Of a stretch of 64,000 nt of DNA, positions 38,847 to 48,234 are shown piece by piece. Below the pieces are notes generated by a model. That model made no database searches. It saw only the letters and a list, made by a program, of their open reading frames with translations, and was not told the DNA's origin. The DNA comes from an uncultured bacterium (GTDB lineage Bacteria; Verrucomicrobiota; Verrucomicrobiia; Verrucomicrobiales; DEV007): NCBI GenBank assembly GCA_963977015.1, contig CAXBMO010000008.1, forward strand, positions 128,001 through 192,000, read 5' to 3'. Every line of letters begins with the position of its first letter. The stretch's first letter is position 1. A program made the position numbers and the translations under genes.

Positions 38847-39155
38847 TTAGATGCTTTTGATGGTGAGGCGAGTCAGGTGCCGACGATGGCCCTTGGTTTT
38901 GTGGTAACCTTTGCGCCGCTTGTATTTGAAAGCGATGACCTTCTTTGCGCGAAATTGTTCGGTAACTTCAGCGGTTACCTTGGCTCCATCGACAAACGGG
39001 CTGCCGAGAGTGGCTGCATCTCCGTTGCTAACCATCAGGACTTCGTCAAAAGTAACGGTGTCGCCGACTTGGGCGTCCAGTTTCTCCACATCAAGCCGGT
39101 CTCCTTCTTTTACCCGGTATTGCTTGCCGCCAGTTTTGATGATCGCGTAGGACAT
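38847..39155 (-). CDS. rplU: 50S ribosomal protein L21
   Basis: YAIIKTGGKQYRV, FKYKRRKGY..GHR. Confidence 0.97.
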   Translation of the reverse strand: MSYAIIKTGGKQYRVKEGDRLDVEKLDAQVGDTVTFDEVLMVSNGDAATLGSPFVDGAKVTAEVTEQFRAKKVIAFKYKRRKGYHKTKGHRRHLTRLTIKSI

Positions 39156-39254
39156 GATGGTTCGTCTAGGTTCGCCCTCCATTCTAGAGGGGCGCGCAAA
39201 TTGTCACACGTTGGGGAAAATTCAAACCTGAATTTTCAAATTTAGAGCGGAAAC

Positions 39255-40325
39255 TTAGCGCTTCCGAAACAATCCCCAGCGATTGGCTCCCGCTTCCGAG
39301 TTGGAAGTGCTTTCCTCGGCGGGTTCGTCTTCTCTCTTTTTCCCGGTCGCTTCGTTGCGTTCTTTCCCTTTTTTGTAGCCAAGAACGCCGTGTTTTTCGA
39401 GGTTGGCGATCAGGCTTTTCATGTCGTTTTTGAGTTCTTCATCCGAAATGAGGGCGGCGATCAAGCCGTCGCCTTCGGAGATGTCCTCAATGGCCTTGTT
39501 GGCGTTTTTGACCGTGGTGCGGAGATCCGAAATCGTTGGTCCCAGTTCTTCAAAAGCCGGTTCCAACTCTTCGATCGCTTTGTCCAACTTTGCGATCATG
39601 ACGGTTGCTTCTTTGAAGGGTTCGGCGGCAGTTTCGACCGTTTTCTTACTTTCATCGATCAAAGGGGCCAACTTCCCACTGGCAAGCGCCAGGTTGTCAG
39701 TCGTTTCGCTCAATTTCTCGATGGTAGAGTTGAAGTTGCCGACATTTTGCTGGCTCATGATCTTCTGATCGAACTTTTCCGAAACACTGGTCAGGTTCTC
39801 CACCACGACGCGGGTCTCGCGGACGGCTGAATCCAACTCACTCAGCACCATTGACATTTGATCACTCAATTCGGTGGCTCGCTCCGAAAGGTCGGCAACC
39901 AAATCGGATCCTTCCCCGCTCACGGTTGATCCAGGCTCGATGTAGGCGCCGGTCGTTTTCCTGGGGGGGATGATTTTGATGTAGCTGTCTCCCATCAAAC
40001 CACTGGTGGCAGAGGTGAAATCCGAGTTGGCCGGAATGCGGTATTCCTCGTAAATCTCAAGATTCAGCTCAATTCCGCGGTAGCTCTCCAGAAAATTGCG
40101 GGATTTGACCTTCCCGATCGTGACTCCTGCGAGTCGAACTTGAGCTCCGTCGATCACTCCGGTGGCGTCGGGGAGAACGACTTTGAGGCCATATTTGGGC
40201 CGGAAACTGTCCGTCACCGAACCAAACTGCCAGATCATGGTGCCCATGATTGCAATTCCGACCACGATGAAGAGGCCGACGTAGAACTCGGTTTTCTCGG
40301 TGCGAATGACGCTTTCGTCTGACAT
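39255..40325 (-). CDS. mlaD: MlaD/MCE family protein
   Basis: VGLFI TM, G...GAQVRLAGV.IGKV, GLMGDSYI.I.P, long helical tail; downstream of mlaF. Confidence 0.88.
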   Translation of the reverse strand: MSDESVIRTEKTEFYVGLFIVVGIAIMGTMIWQFGSVTDSFRPKYGLKVVLPDATGVIDGAQVRLAGVTIGKVKSRNFLESYRGIELNLEIYEEYRIPANSDFTSATSGLMGDSYIKIIPPRKTTGAYIEPGSTVSGEGSDLVADLSERATELSDQMSMVLSELDSAVRETRVVVENLTSVSEKFDQKIMSQQNVGNFNSTIEKLSETTDNLALASGKLAPLIDESKKTVETAAEPFKEATVMIAKLDKAIEELEPAFEELGPTISDLRTTVKNANKAIEDISEGDGLIAALISDEELKNDMKSLIANLEKHGVLGYKKGKERNEATGKKREDEPAEESTSNSEAGANRWGLFRKR

Positions 40326-40354
40326 GGGTCTCGGTGAAACGTGGTAGGTTCAAT

Positions 40355-41158
40355 TTAAAGTGCCGCAGAATTCCCATCGGGTCGAGACCGACCTTCAATG
40401 AAATCTTGGACGATGGGATCCTTGCTCGCCTTGATGTCGCTGGGCTTTCCAAGGAAATAGACCCGACCTTCGCGGGCGAAGGCAATCCGGTCGCCGACGT
40501 GGTAGGCACTCTTCATATCGTGGGTTACCACCAGGCTGGTCACCTTGTAGCGCGACTGCATCTCACGGATCAGAATGTTGATTTGGTCGGAAACGACAGG
40601 GTCGAGACCGGACGTGGGCTCATCGTAGAGGATGCATTCCGGATGGGTAACGATGGCCCGCGCCAGAGAGACGCGTTTCCGCATTCCGCCACTCAAATTG
40701 TTCGGCATCTTGGCGAGATGGGCTTCCAGATTCACCACGGAGAGGGCTTCGCGCACTCGTTCGAAGATTTCTTTCCGATCGCGAAGCCCCGCTTCAAACA
40801 AGGGAAAGGCGACGTTTTCGGCAACGTTGAAGCTATCGAACAGCGCGCCATCCTGAAACAGGATCCCGATTTTTCGCCGAATCGGCCCCAATTTCCGCTC
40901 CGGCAAGCCATTGACCTCGGTTCCATCGACGACAACGCGCCCGCGATCCGGCTGCAGAAGTCCCATGATGTGTTTGAGGGTGACGCTTTTTCCCGTTCCA
41001 CTGCCCCCGATGATGACCATGGATTCGCCGCGTTGGACTTCCAGGTTCATTCCCCGCAAGACCTCCTGCGTCCCGAAAGCCTTGTGAACGTCCTCAATCT
41101 TGATGAAGGGATCGTCGTTTTTGCCAATGGAAGGCGACTTTGGGGCGGGTTTGCTCAC
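40355..41158 (-). CDS. mlaF: ABC transporter ATP-binding protein, MlaF/Ttg2A type
   Basis: GGSGTGKS, FQDGALFDS, LSGGMRKRV, YDEPTSGLDP. GTG start is inferred. Confidence 0.9.
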   Translation of the reverse strand: MSKPAPKSPSIGKNDDPFIKIEDVHKAFGTQEVLRGMNLEVQRGESMVIIGGSGTGKSVTLKHIMGLLQPDRGRVVVDGTEVNGLPERKLGPIRRKIGILFQDGALFDSFNVAENVAFPLFEAGLRDRKEIFERVREALSVVNLEAHLAKMPNNLSGGMRKRVSLARAIVTHPECILYDEPTSGLDPVVSDQINILIREMQSRYKVTSLVVTHDMKSAYHVGDRIAFAREGRVYFLGKPSDIKASKDPIVQDFIEGRSRPDGNSAAL

Positions 41159-41949
41159 GCGACACGAATGGGGAAAAAGTAGTTGAGGAGGACGCTGAGA
41201 AAGAAATTCGCGATCAAAATCATGAGGGAGGACGTGACGACGGCGGAGGTTGTGTTCTTTCCGACATCGACGGCTCCGCTGCGAACGGACAGTCCGTATT
41301 GGCAACTGACGAGGACAATGATGATCGCGAAAAAGAAGCCTTTGATCATGCCGATCCCGATGTCTTCCGGCGCCGTGAAGGTGCGGACGTGGTTCATGTA
41401 CCAGGCGCCCGGCACGCCGAAACCCTTCACAGTCACGAGATAGGACGCGAGAATGCCGAATCCGATCGATTCGGCAATCAAGAGGGGAATGGAGATGATC
41501 ATCCCGACGAAACGCGGAAAAACCAGGTAATCGACCGGGTGGACGCCGAGCGACCTGAGGGCATCGATCTGCTCGGTCACCTTCATCGTGCCGATTTCTG
41601 CCGCCATTGCGGCCCCGACCCGTCCGGTAACCATCAATCCGGTCAAAACCGGCCCCAGTTCCCGGCAAAGCGCGATGGAGACGACCGATCCGACCGCCGT
41701 TTCCAGGCCAACGGTGCTGAACGTGTAATAACTCTGCGCCGCAAAAACCGCGCCGGTAAACGCTCCGGTCACGATGACGACGAACTGAGAACCAAACCCG
41801 ATGCTGACGAGTTGCTGACCGATCAGGTTGGGGCGGATTTTCCCGACGACCGGCGATTTTACCGTCTCAACCCCCAGCAGGCCCACTTGGCCGGCATACC
41901 GAGACGCATTGACGACAATGCGACCCAAAAGGCTGAAAATGTTGGTCAT
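41155..41949 (-). CDS. mlaE: ABC transporter permease, MlaE type
   Basis: RELGPVLTG..V.GRVGAAMAAEIGTMKVTEQIDAL, VGK.TT.AVV. Confidence 0.93.
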   Translation of the reverse strand: MTNIFSLLGRIVVNASRYAGQVGLLGVETVKSPVVGKIRPNLIGQQLVSIGFGSQFVVIVTGAFTGAVFAAQSYYTFSTVGLETAVGSVVSIALCRELGPVLTGLMVTGRVGAAMAAEIGTMKVTEQIDALRSLGVHPVDYLVFPRFVGMIISIPLLIAESIGFGILASYLVTVKGFGVPGAWYMNHVRTFTAPEDIGIGMIKGFFFAIIIVLVSCQYGLSVRSGAVDVGKNTTSAVVTSSLMILIANFFLSVLLNYFFPIRVA

Positions 41950-42111
41950 AGGGGATTCTCGAACGTGGGATTCTCCGTGGCGCGACCATAACTTACCTGC
42001 GTGGTAAGGCAATTTTTGGATGAGACGGTCCCGCGCCGTCGTTCATTCGGAGGGTTCACATTCACGATGCGGCAGATCATTGAGGAGATTCTGGGAAAGG
42101 CTCCCGCAACT

Positions 42112-43506
42112 TCACCAATCCCCGCCGAGTGCTTGGATCAGTTGGACGGTTGTGGTGGCTTGCTCGCTCCGCAAGGCATTGGCGGTTCGGCGGGCTTGAA
42201 GTTCGGTTCGTTGCGCGTCGACAATCTCAAAGTAGCTCGCCGCACCTTTGTCGAAGCGCCTGCGGGCCAAATTCGTGGCACGGGTTGCGGCATCGACGGC
42301 TTCCTGCTGCGTGGTCGTCTGGCGATGCAGAACCTGGAGATCCAGCAGCGAATCCTCGACTTCGCGAACTGCGGTGAGCAACGCGCTGCGATAGTTCTCC
42401 GCGGATTCGTCCCACTTGGCTTTCGCTTCTTTTTCTGAAGCGCCGCGCCGTCCGGCCTGGAAAATCGGAATATCAAGCTGGGGCCCGAGATCGAAGAAGA
42501 TGCTGTCTCCGCTCGCGAAAAGATTGGAGCTGCTCAAGCTCGCCATCCCGCCAACTCCGGTCAGGCTCAAGCGCGGCAGAAAATCGGCTTTGGTGATTCC
42601 GACCTGCTGAGACGCAGCGAGCAGGGAGTTCTTTGCCGCGCGAAGATCGGGGCGGCGTTCGAGCAACTCGGAAGGCAAGCCGGATGGAACGGAGGGAAGC
42701 CGAATCCCGGCTTTGGGAGATTCGAGCGCAAATTCGGACGGCGCTTTGCCCGCCAAGGTTGCGATCGCATGCTCGAGTTTTCCGTGCCTTCGTTGGAGAC
42801 CCTGGGCTTGGCTTCTTGCCGTCTTCAATTCGGTTTCAGCCCGAGCGACATCCAGACTGGTGCCGGCCCCGCCTTCGAAGCGGGAATTCTGTAGATCGAC
42901 AGCCTCCTGGCGAACCGCGACCTCGTTTTGGAAAATCGCGATCTCTTTTTCCGTGTAACGGAGCGCGAAATACTGGCGCGCCAGCGTCGCCCGGGTCGAA
43001 AGCAGGGCGTCTTCGTAAAGTTCCCGCGTTGCTTCCGCGGTCAGTTTATCGCGCCGGTAAGCGCCGCGAATCCGCCCCCAGAGATCCACTTCCCAGGACG
43101 CGTTCAGCGCCACGCGATAGTTGTCGAACTCCACGCCATCGATCGGGAATCGCAGTTGGTTGATCGAATCCCGGTTGGTCGTGTAGGACGCGTCGCCGCG
43201 CAGCGACGGGAATCGCTGTGCTCCGGAGATGCCGAGAACGGCATTCGCCTGATTGAGTCGCGCGGCCGCTGCGCGAACATCCGGATTCTCCGCCTCAACC
43301 GCTTCCATCAGGGCGTTCAATGTCGGGTCGTGAAAAACGCTCCACCAGTGGCCGCTCTGGGGCGCGGGTTGTCCGGCCTGGGGGTGTCGAAATCCCGCTG
43401 GAGCCTCTGGCTCACCACCTTGAGGCGACCAGTGGTCAACAAGCGTGGGGGAACTGCATCCCACGAGAAAAAGCCCGAAGGATGCGATACAAAGTCGAAG
43501 AAACAT
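42112..43506 (-). CDS. Efflux outer-membrane factor lipoprotein (NodT/OprM family)
   Basis: Lipobox LVGC, WW..F.DP.L, SWEVDLWG, PSELLERRPD, L.QALGG.W. Confidence 0.92.
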   Translation of the reverse strand: MFLRLCIASFGLFLVGCSSPTLVDHWSPQGGEPEAPAGFRHPQAGQPAPQSGHWWSVFHDPTLNALMEAVEAENPDVRAAAARLNQANAVLGISGAQRFPSLRGDASYTTNRDSINQLRFPIDGVEFDNYRVALNASWEVDLWGRIRGAYRRDKLTAEATRELYEDALLSTRATLARQYFALRYTEKEIAIFQNEVAVRQEAVDLQNSRFEGGAGTSLDVARAETELKTARSQAQGLQRRHGKLEHAIATLAGKAPSEFALESPKAGIRLPSVPSGLPSELLERRPDLRAAKNSLLAASQQVGITKADFLPRLSLTGVGGMASLSSSNLFASGDSIFFDLGPQLDIPIFQAGRRGASEKEAKAKWDESAENYRSALLTAVREVEDSLLDLQVLHRQTTTQQEAVDAATRATNLARRRFDKGAASYFEIVDAQRTELQARRTANALRSEQATTTVQLIQALGGDW

Positions 43507-46500
43507 TATGCGGTGACTGGTTTGGCGAGAGAATCGCCGGAAGTGTTGATAGTTAACTTCCGCTTAGGATCGAAAAATGCAAACACCACGCTTAACATAC
43601 ACGGGGTCAAAATCAGGGTGAACACCGTCGAAAGCAGCAATCCGCCGACGACGACCGAACCCAGACCGCGGTAAAGCTCGGACCCCGAGCCGGGAAGGAC
43701 GACGAGTGGAATCATTCCCCCGACCGATGTCAGCGCGCTCATCAAAATCGGTCGGACCCGGCTTTTGACCGACGCGACAATCGCTTCGTCCGGTGTTTCC
43801 ACCTTTCGTTCCGTATCCTGGAGGAAATTGAGGGTCTGGTGAACAATCAGGATGGAGTTGTTCACGACCACACCCGCCAGAATCACGAAGCCGAGGATGC
43901 TGAGCATGTCCAAATTCTGCGTTGGCATGTAGCGATCGATCACGCTCCAGTGGTGGACGAGCGCCAATCCCAAAAAGCCGCCAAAGGTGGCCAGGGGCAC
44001 CGAAAGCATGATGACGAGCGGATAGCTCCAGCTTTGGAAGAGGACGACCATCACCAAATACACGACGAGAAATGCCAAAACGAGCGAACTCGTAAGCGTT
44101 CCGACGATGGAGCCATCTCCCAGCAGCGCGGTTTTGATTTCGTTGAGCTTTCCGGCCGATCCCGCCAGCTTGACGTCGACCGACGCGGGAATCGCGCCAC
44201 CGCCGCGAAGGTTCCCGACCAATTCGTTGACGCGATCAATGGCGCTCTCCAGCGGCATCCCCTCGGGCGGCGTGAGTTGGAGCGTGACGGCGCGGTCGCG
44301 GTCGACGTGTCGAATTTCGCTCGGACCGCGAACCCGATTCACTTCGGCCACGGTCCGCAGGTCCACAATCTGGCCCGTGCCCGTCGCCAGGGGAGTATTC
44401 AGGATGGCATCGATCGGGTGATCGCCGGACGCGTCCTTGCTGATCACCTTCATGTCGCGGAGCTCGCCTTCCTGCTCGTATTGGCGAAAGAGCAGGATGC
44501 CGTCGCCGTTGGCCTGCGCCGCCAACCCGGCGTCGGTCCGCGTCATCCCGAGTTTCCGCAGTTGCTTGTCAAGAGGAATAATCCGCAGTTCGGTGGACGA
44601 AAGCGCGAAATTCGCGGGATCCGGATTGATGCTGTAGGGGCCAAAGTCCCCAAAAAGCGTGAACATGAGCGCTTTCGCAGCTTCCGTCACCTCGTCCAGG
44701 TTTCGCCCGGTCAGGTCAATCTTGATGGCGGATCCCGTGTTTCCGCCGACCCGGAATAGCGGCATTTGAAAGGCAAAGGCAATCGTGTCGGGTGCGCTGT
44801 GGCCTCTGGTCGCCGCGTTCATCAGCGGAATGGCATCGGCCACCCGTTTTTTATCGGCCGAGATTGCGCCATGGAACATGCGTCCGTCAAAACTCACCAA
44901 AAAGTAGTGTTCGATCGGGGGCGGGAGGACAGAGGGTTCGCCACCGGGAAAAGGCGGAACCAGTTCGCGTTTGTCGAGCTTCGGATTCGGGCCGCCGCGA
45001 ACAACGCTTTCAACCTTGAAGCGATCATCAACGACCGACCAGGCCGGCTCCATTTTCTCCTCGATGCGTTCTCCGATATCCGACAACTGTTCCAGATTAT
45101 AGCCGGGTGGGGGAATGAGGAGCCCAAAGACGATGTTCCGGTTTCCGCGCGGAAGATAGTCGAGCGGTGGCATGAGGATCATGATGCCGAACACCGTCCC
45201 AATCGTGAAAACCAGAATGACGCTGATCCGGGCGGACCACGACTTGTTCACCGACGCGACAAAATTGCCAACGACATTGGGCAGCTCGTCGATCAACGTT
45301 CGGAACGCGTGAATGGGGTGGAGCCAATTCGATTTCCCGGCGTTCCCGTTCTCTTCCGGCTCCTCTTCGTGCAGCGAATCGCCGCGATGGAGAATCCGGG
45401 CTGCCGCCGCCGGAATGACGGTCAGGGAAACGAGCAGACTCAGCCCGACCGCCGCCATGATCGCGTAGGCGATGTCCTTGAACAATTGGCCCGCTGTCTC
45501 CTGGATCAGGAGAATGGGGAAGAAGACCACCATGGTCGTCACGGTTGAAGCCAGCACGGCGCCACCGACTTCCTTCGCGCCTTCGACGGAGGCTCTTCGC
45601 GCGCCTTTGCCCATCTCGAGATGGCGGAAGATGTTCTCGATCACCACAATCGCATTGTCGACGACCATTCCCACCGCGAACGCCATGCCCGCCAGCGAAA
45701 TAATGTTCACCGACCGGCCCAGCATCACGAGCACGACAATCGCGCCAATCACCGAAATCGGAATCGCGATCGCGATAATCCCGACCGTCCGTAACGAGCG
45801 GAGAAAGAAGAGCAATGTCAGCGTCGCCAGAACACCTCCAAACAGAATATTGCTCTGCACCAATTTGATCGCGTCGCGCACATAGGTCGTGGCATCGTAG
45901 GATTGCACCAGTTCGAGCGTTCCGTTCAGTCCGAGCGAACGCGAATGTTCTGCCAGCAAACCATCCGGTGCGTTCATCCGGTCGACCTCCGCTTTGATCT
46001 CGTTCATCGTGCCGATCAAATTCGCGCCGCGTTGAACCTGGAAATTGAAGAACGGCATTTCGTGGCCTCGAGCGCGTGCCCAGTTGGTCTTCTCCTTGTA
46101 CGTTTTGACGACTTCGGCGACATCGCGAACATAGACCGGGCCGGCGTCATCGCGGCGAATGATCATGCTCATGACTTCCTCCGGATTCTCGAATCGCCCG
46201 GTCGCCCGAATCCGGATGTCGCGCTTTCCTTCCGGAATCTGGCCACCGGAAAAATTCTCGTTCGAAACCCGAATCGCAGTGACGAGTTGTTGCCAGGTAA
46301 GGTTGCGATTGGCCAGCGCTCGGGCATCCACCCGAATCTGCAATTCCGCCTGTCGCGCCCCTCGAATGCCAACCTGGGAGATGCCGGGGATCCGGTCGAA
46401 ACGCGGCTTCATGCGCCGCTCCATGAAATCGAACAACGTCGTCGTATCGAAACTGGGATCGGTGGAGGAAAGGCCGATCCACGCCACATAATCGACCGAT

Positions 46501-46898
46501 TCCGGATCGATGTCCTCCACCACGGGTTGAATTACATTGGGCGGATACCCGGGAACCTCGTCCAGTTTCTGAAGCACTTCCGCCTTGGCTTCATCGATGT
46601 TCGTTCCCGTCAAAAACTCCAATCGCACCGTTCCCTGGCCAGCCTTGCTGTTGCTCGTCAACGAAGCCAATCCCGCGATATCGCCCAGCACCTTCTCCTG
46701 CTCCTCCACGATGTCACTTTCGATCTCTTCCGCCGAAGCGCCTTCCCAGTTGGTGCTCACGGAAATCACCACCGAGTCCACCTCCGGTTTCATCTGCACG
46801 GGAACACTCGTAAAGGCGAGCACACCGGCAAGCAGTGCCAAACCGACCCCGACTGCGACCGTCACCGGTTGCCGAACGCAATACTCGACGAGGTTCAT
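43506..46898 (-). CDS. RND efflux permease (AcrB family)
   Basis: GMVVDNAIVVIENI, GVVVNNSIL, RVRPILM; two sets of TM helices. Confidence 0.94.
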   Translation of the reverse strand: MNLVEYCVRQPVTVAVGVGLALLAGVLAFTSVPVQMKPEVDSVVISVSTNWEGASAEEIESDIVEEQEKVLGDIAGLASLTSNSKAGQGTVRLEFLTGTNIDEAKAEVLQKLDEVPGYPPNVIQPVVEDIDPESVDYVAWIGLSSTDPSFDTTTLFDFMERRMKPRFDRIPGISQVGIRGARQAELQIRVDARALANRNLTWQQLVTAIRVSNENFSGGQIPEGKRDIRIRATGRFENPEEVMSMIIRRDDAGPVYVRDVAEVVKTYKEKTNWARARGHEMPFFNFQVQRGANLIGTMNEIKAEVDRMNAPDGLLAEHSRSLGLNGTLELVQSYDATTYVRDAIKLVQSNILFGGVLATLTLLFFLRSLRTVGIIAIAIPISVIGAIVVLVMLGRSVNIISLAGMAFAVGMVVDNAIVVIENIFRHLEMGKGARRASVEGAKEVGGAVLASTVTTMVVFFPILLIQETAGQLFKDIAYAIMAAVGLSLLVSLTVIPAAAARILHRGDSLHEEEPEENGNAGKSNWLHPIHAFRTLIDELPNVVGNFVASVNKSWSARISVILVFTIGTVFGIMILMPPLDYLPRGNRNIVFGLLIPPPGYNLEQLSDIGERIEEKMEPAWSVVDDRFKVESVVRGGPNPKLDKRELVPPFPGGEPSVLPPPIEHYFLVSFDGRMFHGAISADKKRVADAIPLMNAATRGHSAPDTIAFAFQMPLFRVGGNTGSAIKIDLTGRNLDEVTEAAKALMFTLFGDFGPYSINPDPANFALSSTELRIIPLDKQLRKLGMTRTDAGLAAQANGDGILLFRQYEQEGELRDMKVISKDASGDHPIDAILNTPLATGTGQIVDLRTVAEVNRVRGPSEIRHVDRDRAVTLQLTPPEGMPLESAIDRVNELVGNLRGGGAIPASVDVKLAGSAGKLNEIKTALLGDGSIVGTLTSSLVLAFLVVYLVMVVLFQSWSYPLVIMLSVPLATFGGFLGLALVHHWSVIDRYMPTQNLDMLSILGFVILAGVVVNNSILIVHQTLNFLQDTERKVETPDEAIVASVKSRVRPILMSALTSVGGMIPLVVLPGSGSELYRGLGSVVVGGLLLSTVFTLILTPCMLSVVFAFFDPKRKLTINTSGDSLAKPVTA

Positions 46899-48142
46899 AG
46901 CTTCGGCAGCGGTTCCTCAGGTTTACCTTTTACCTGTACCAGCAAGGGCTGACCCGGCATGAGGCGGTCGTTGCCTTCGGTGACGACGCGGTCGCCTTTC
47001 TTGAGGCCGGAATCCTTGGCGCGGACGAAGGCCATGCCGAAACGCTCGAAATTGACGGTGACGGGGGTCTGGCGGGCCACCGGCATGGGACCTTCGCCGG
47101 ATCCATCGACCACAAAGACAAAGTCGCCCATTCGCGAGCGAACCAAAGCGTCGACTGGAAAACTGTAGTGGGGCTCGTTGGCTCCGACCGGGACAATTCC
47201 GGTGATCGATTGGCCGGGCGCGAGTTTGGACTTCTTGTTGTCGAGGGTGGCGACAACGGTGAAGAGTTGACTCCGGGGTTCGACGTCCGGCACGATGGAA
47301 ACCTGGTTGGGGGTGAAGATTTCGCCGCTCGAGGAAAGTCGCACCTGGATGGATTCGGGTTTGGAGGAGACGTCCCCCAAATACCGCTCCGGAACGCTCA
47401 TCCACGCTTCCACGGGATCGACGGAGACGAGCGTCATGACGGATTGACCGGCGCTGACCCATTCACCCAGTTCAACGTGACGTTCGGCGATGACGCCGGA
47501 AAACGGAGCCTGGATCTCAAGGTCCTGCTTGCGAATTTCCATCAACTCGATCCGGCTTTGCGATTCGGCAACCGCCTGCCGGGCGGCTTCGGCCTGAGCT
47601 TCGGCGACCGCCAGTTCGCGCTCGGCATCGAGAAACTCGCTTTTGGAAATGGCTTTGTCGCGAAGGAGTCCTTCCTTCATCTGTAAATCCGAGGTCGCGC
47701 GTTTCAATTCCGCTTCGCGCTGGCTCACCAGTTTGGCCGCAGACTGCAGGTGGGCTTTGGCTTCGGCAAGTTGGGCAATGGTGCGGCGGCCGTCGAGCTG
47801 GACCAATTTGTCGCCCTTCTTGACCACGTCACCCTCGTCGGCAAAAACCTCGATCACGGATTCAGGCTCGTGGGCGGCGATGTTGGCCCGGGAAACCGCG
47901 CGGAGTGTTCCGGTCACGATCGATTCGTCCTGGGCGTTTGAGTTTTGAACGACGGTGACGAAGACGGCGGCAGGTGGGGGCCCTTGAGGCATGTCTCCTC
48001 CACCGCCCATGGCTCCCGCTGCGGGCGCCTTCTGAATCACCATCACAATGGCGACGACCACCCCGACGAGCAGCAGCGCCATCGCGGCAATCAAAAGGGG
48101 GCCTCGCTTGGAGGATGAGTCGGATTTTCCAGAGGTGGACAT
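46895..48142 (-). CDS. RND efflux periplasmic adaptor subunit
   Basis: N-terminal TM, V.EGD.VKKG..L, coiled hairpin, I.APF.G.I, GLK.GD.VV.EG. Confidence 0.92.
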   Translation of the reverse strand: MSTSGKSDSSSKRGPLLIAAMALLLVGVVVAIVMVIQKAPAAGAMGGGGDMPQGPPPAAVFVTVVQNSNAQDESIVTGTLRAVSRANIAAHEPESVIEVFADEGDVVKKGDKLVQLDGRRTIAQLAEAKAHLQSAAKLVSQREAELKRATSDLQMKEGLLRDKAISKSEFLDAERELAVAEAQAEAARQAVAESQSRIELMEIRKQDLEIQAPFSGVIAERHVELGEWVSAGQSVMTLVSVDPVEAWMSVPERYLGDVSSKPESIQVRLSSSGEIFTPNQVSIVPDVEPRSQLFTVVATLDNKKSKLAPGQSITGIVPVGANEPHYSFPVDALVRSRMGDFVFVVDGSGEGPMPVARQTPVTVNFERFGMAFVRAKDSGLKKGDRVVTEGNDRLMPGQPLLVQVKGKPEEPLPKL

Positions 48143-48234
48143 CGGCGGGAATAGACGGTTGAGAGGCCCGTCCTGTCAATCGGACTCCGACGGAAGTTCC
48201 GCGCGATGCTTACACGAAGTTTTGGCGTTTTTTC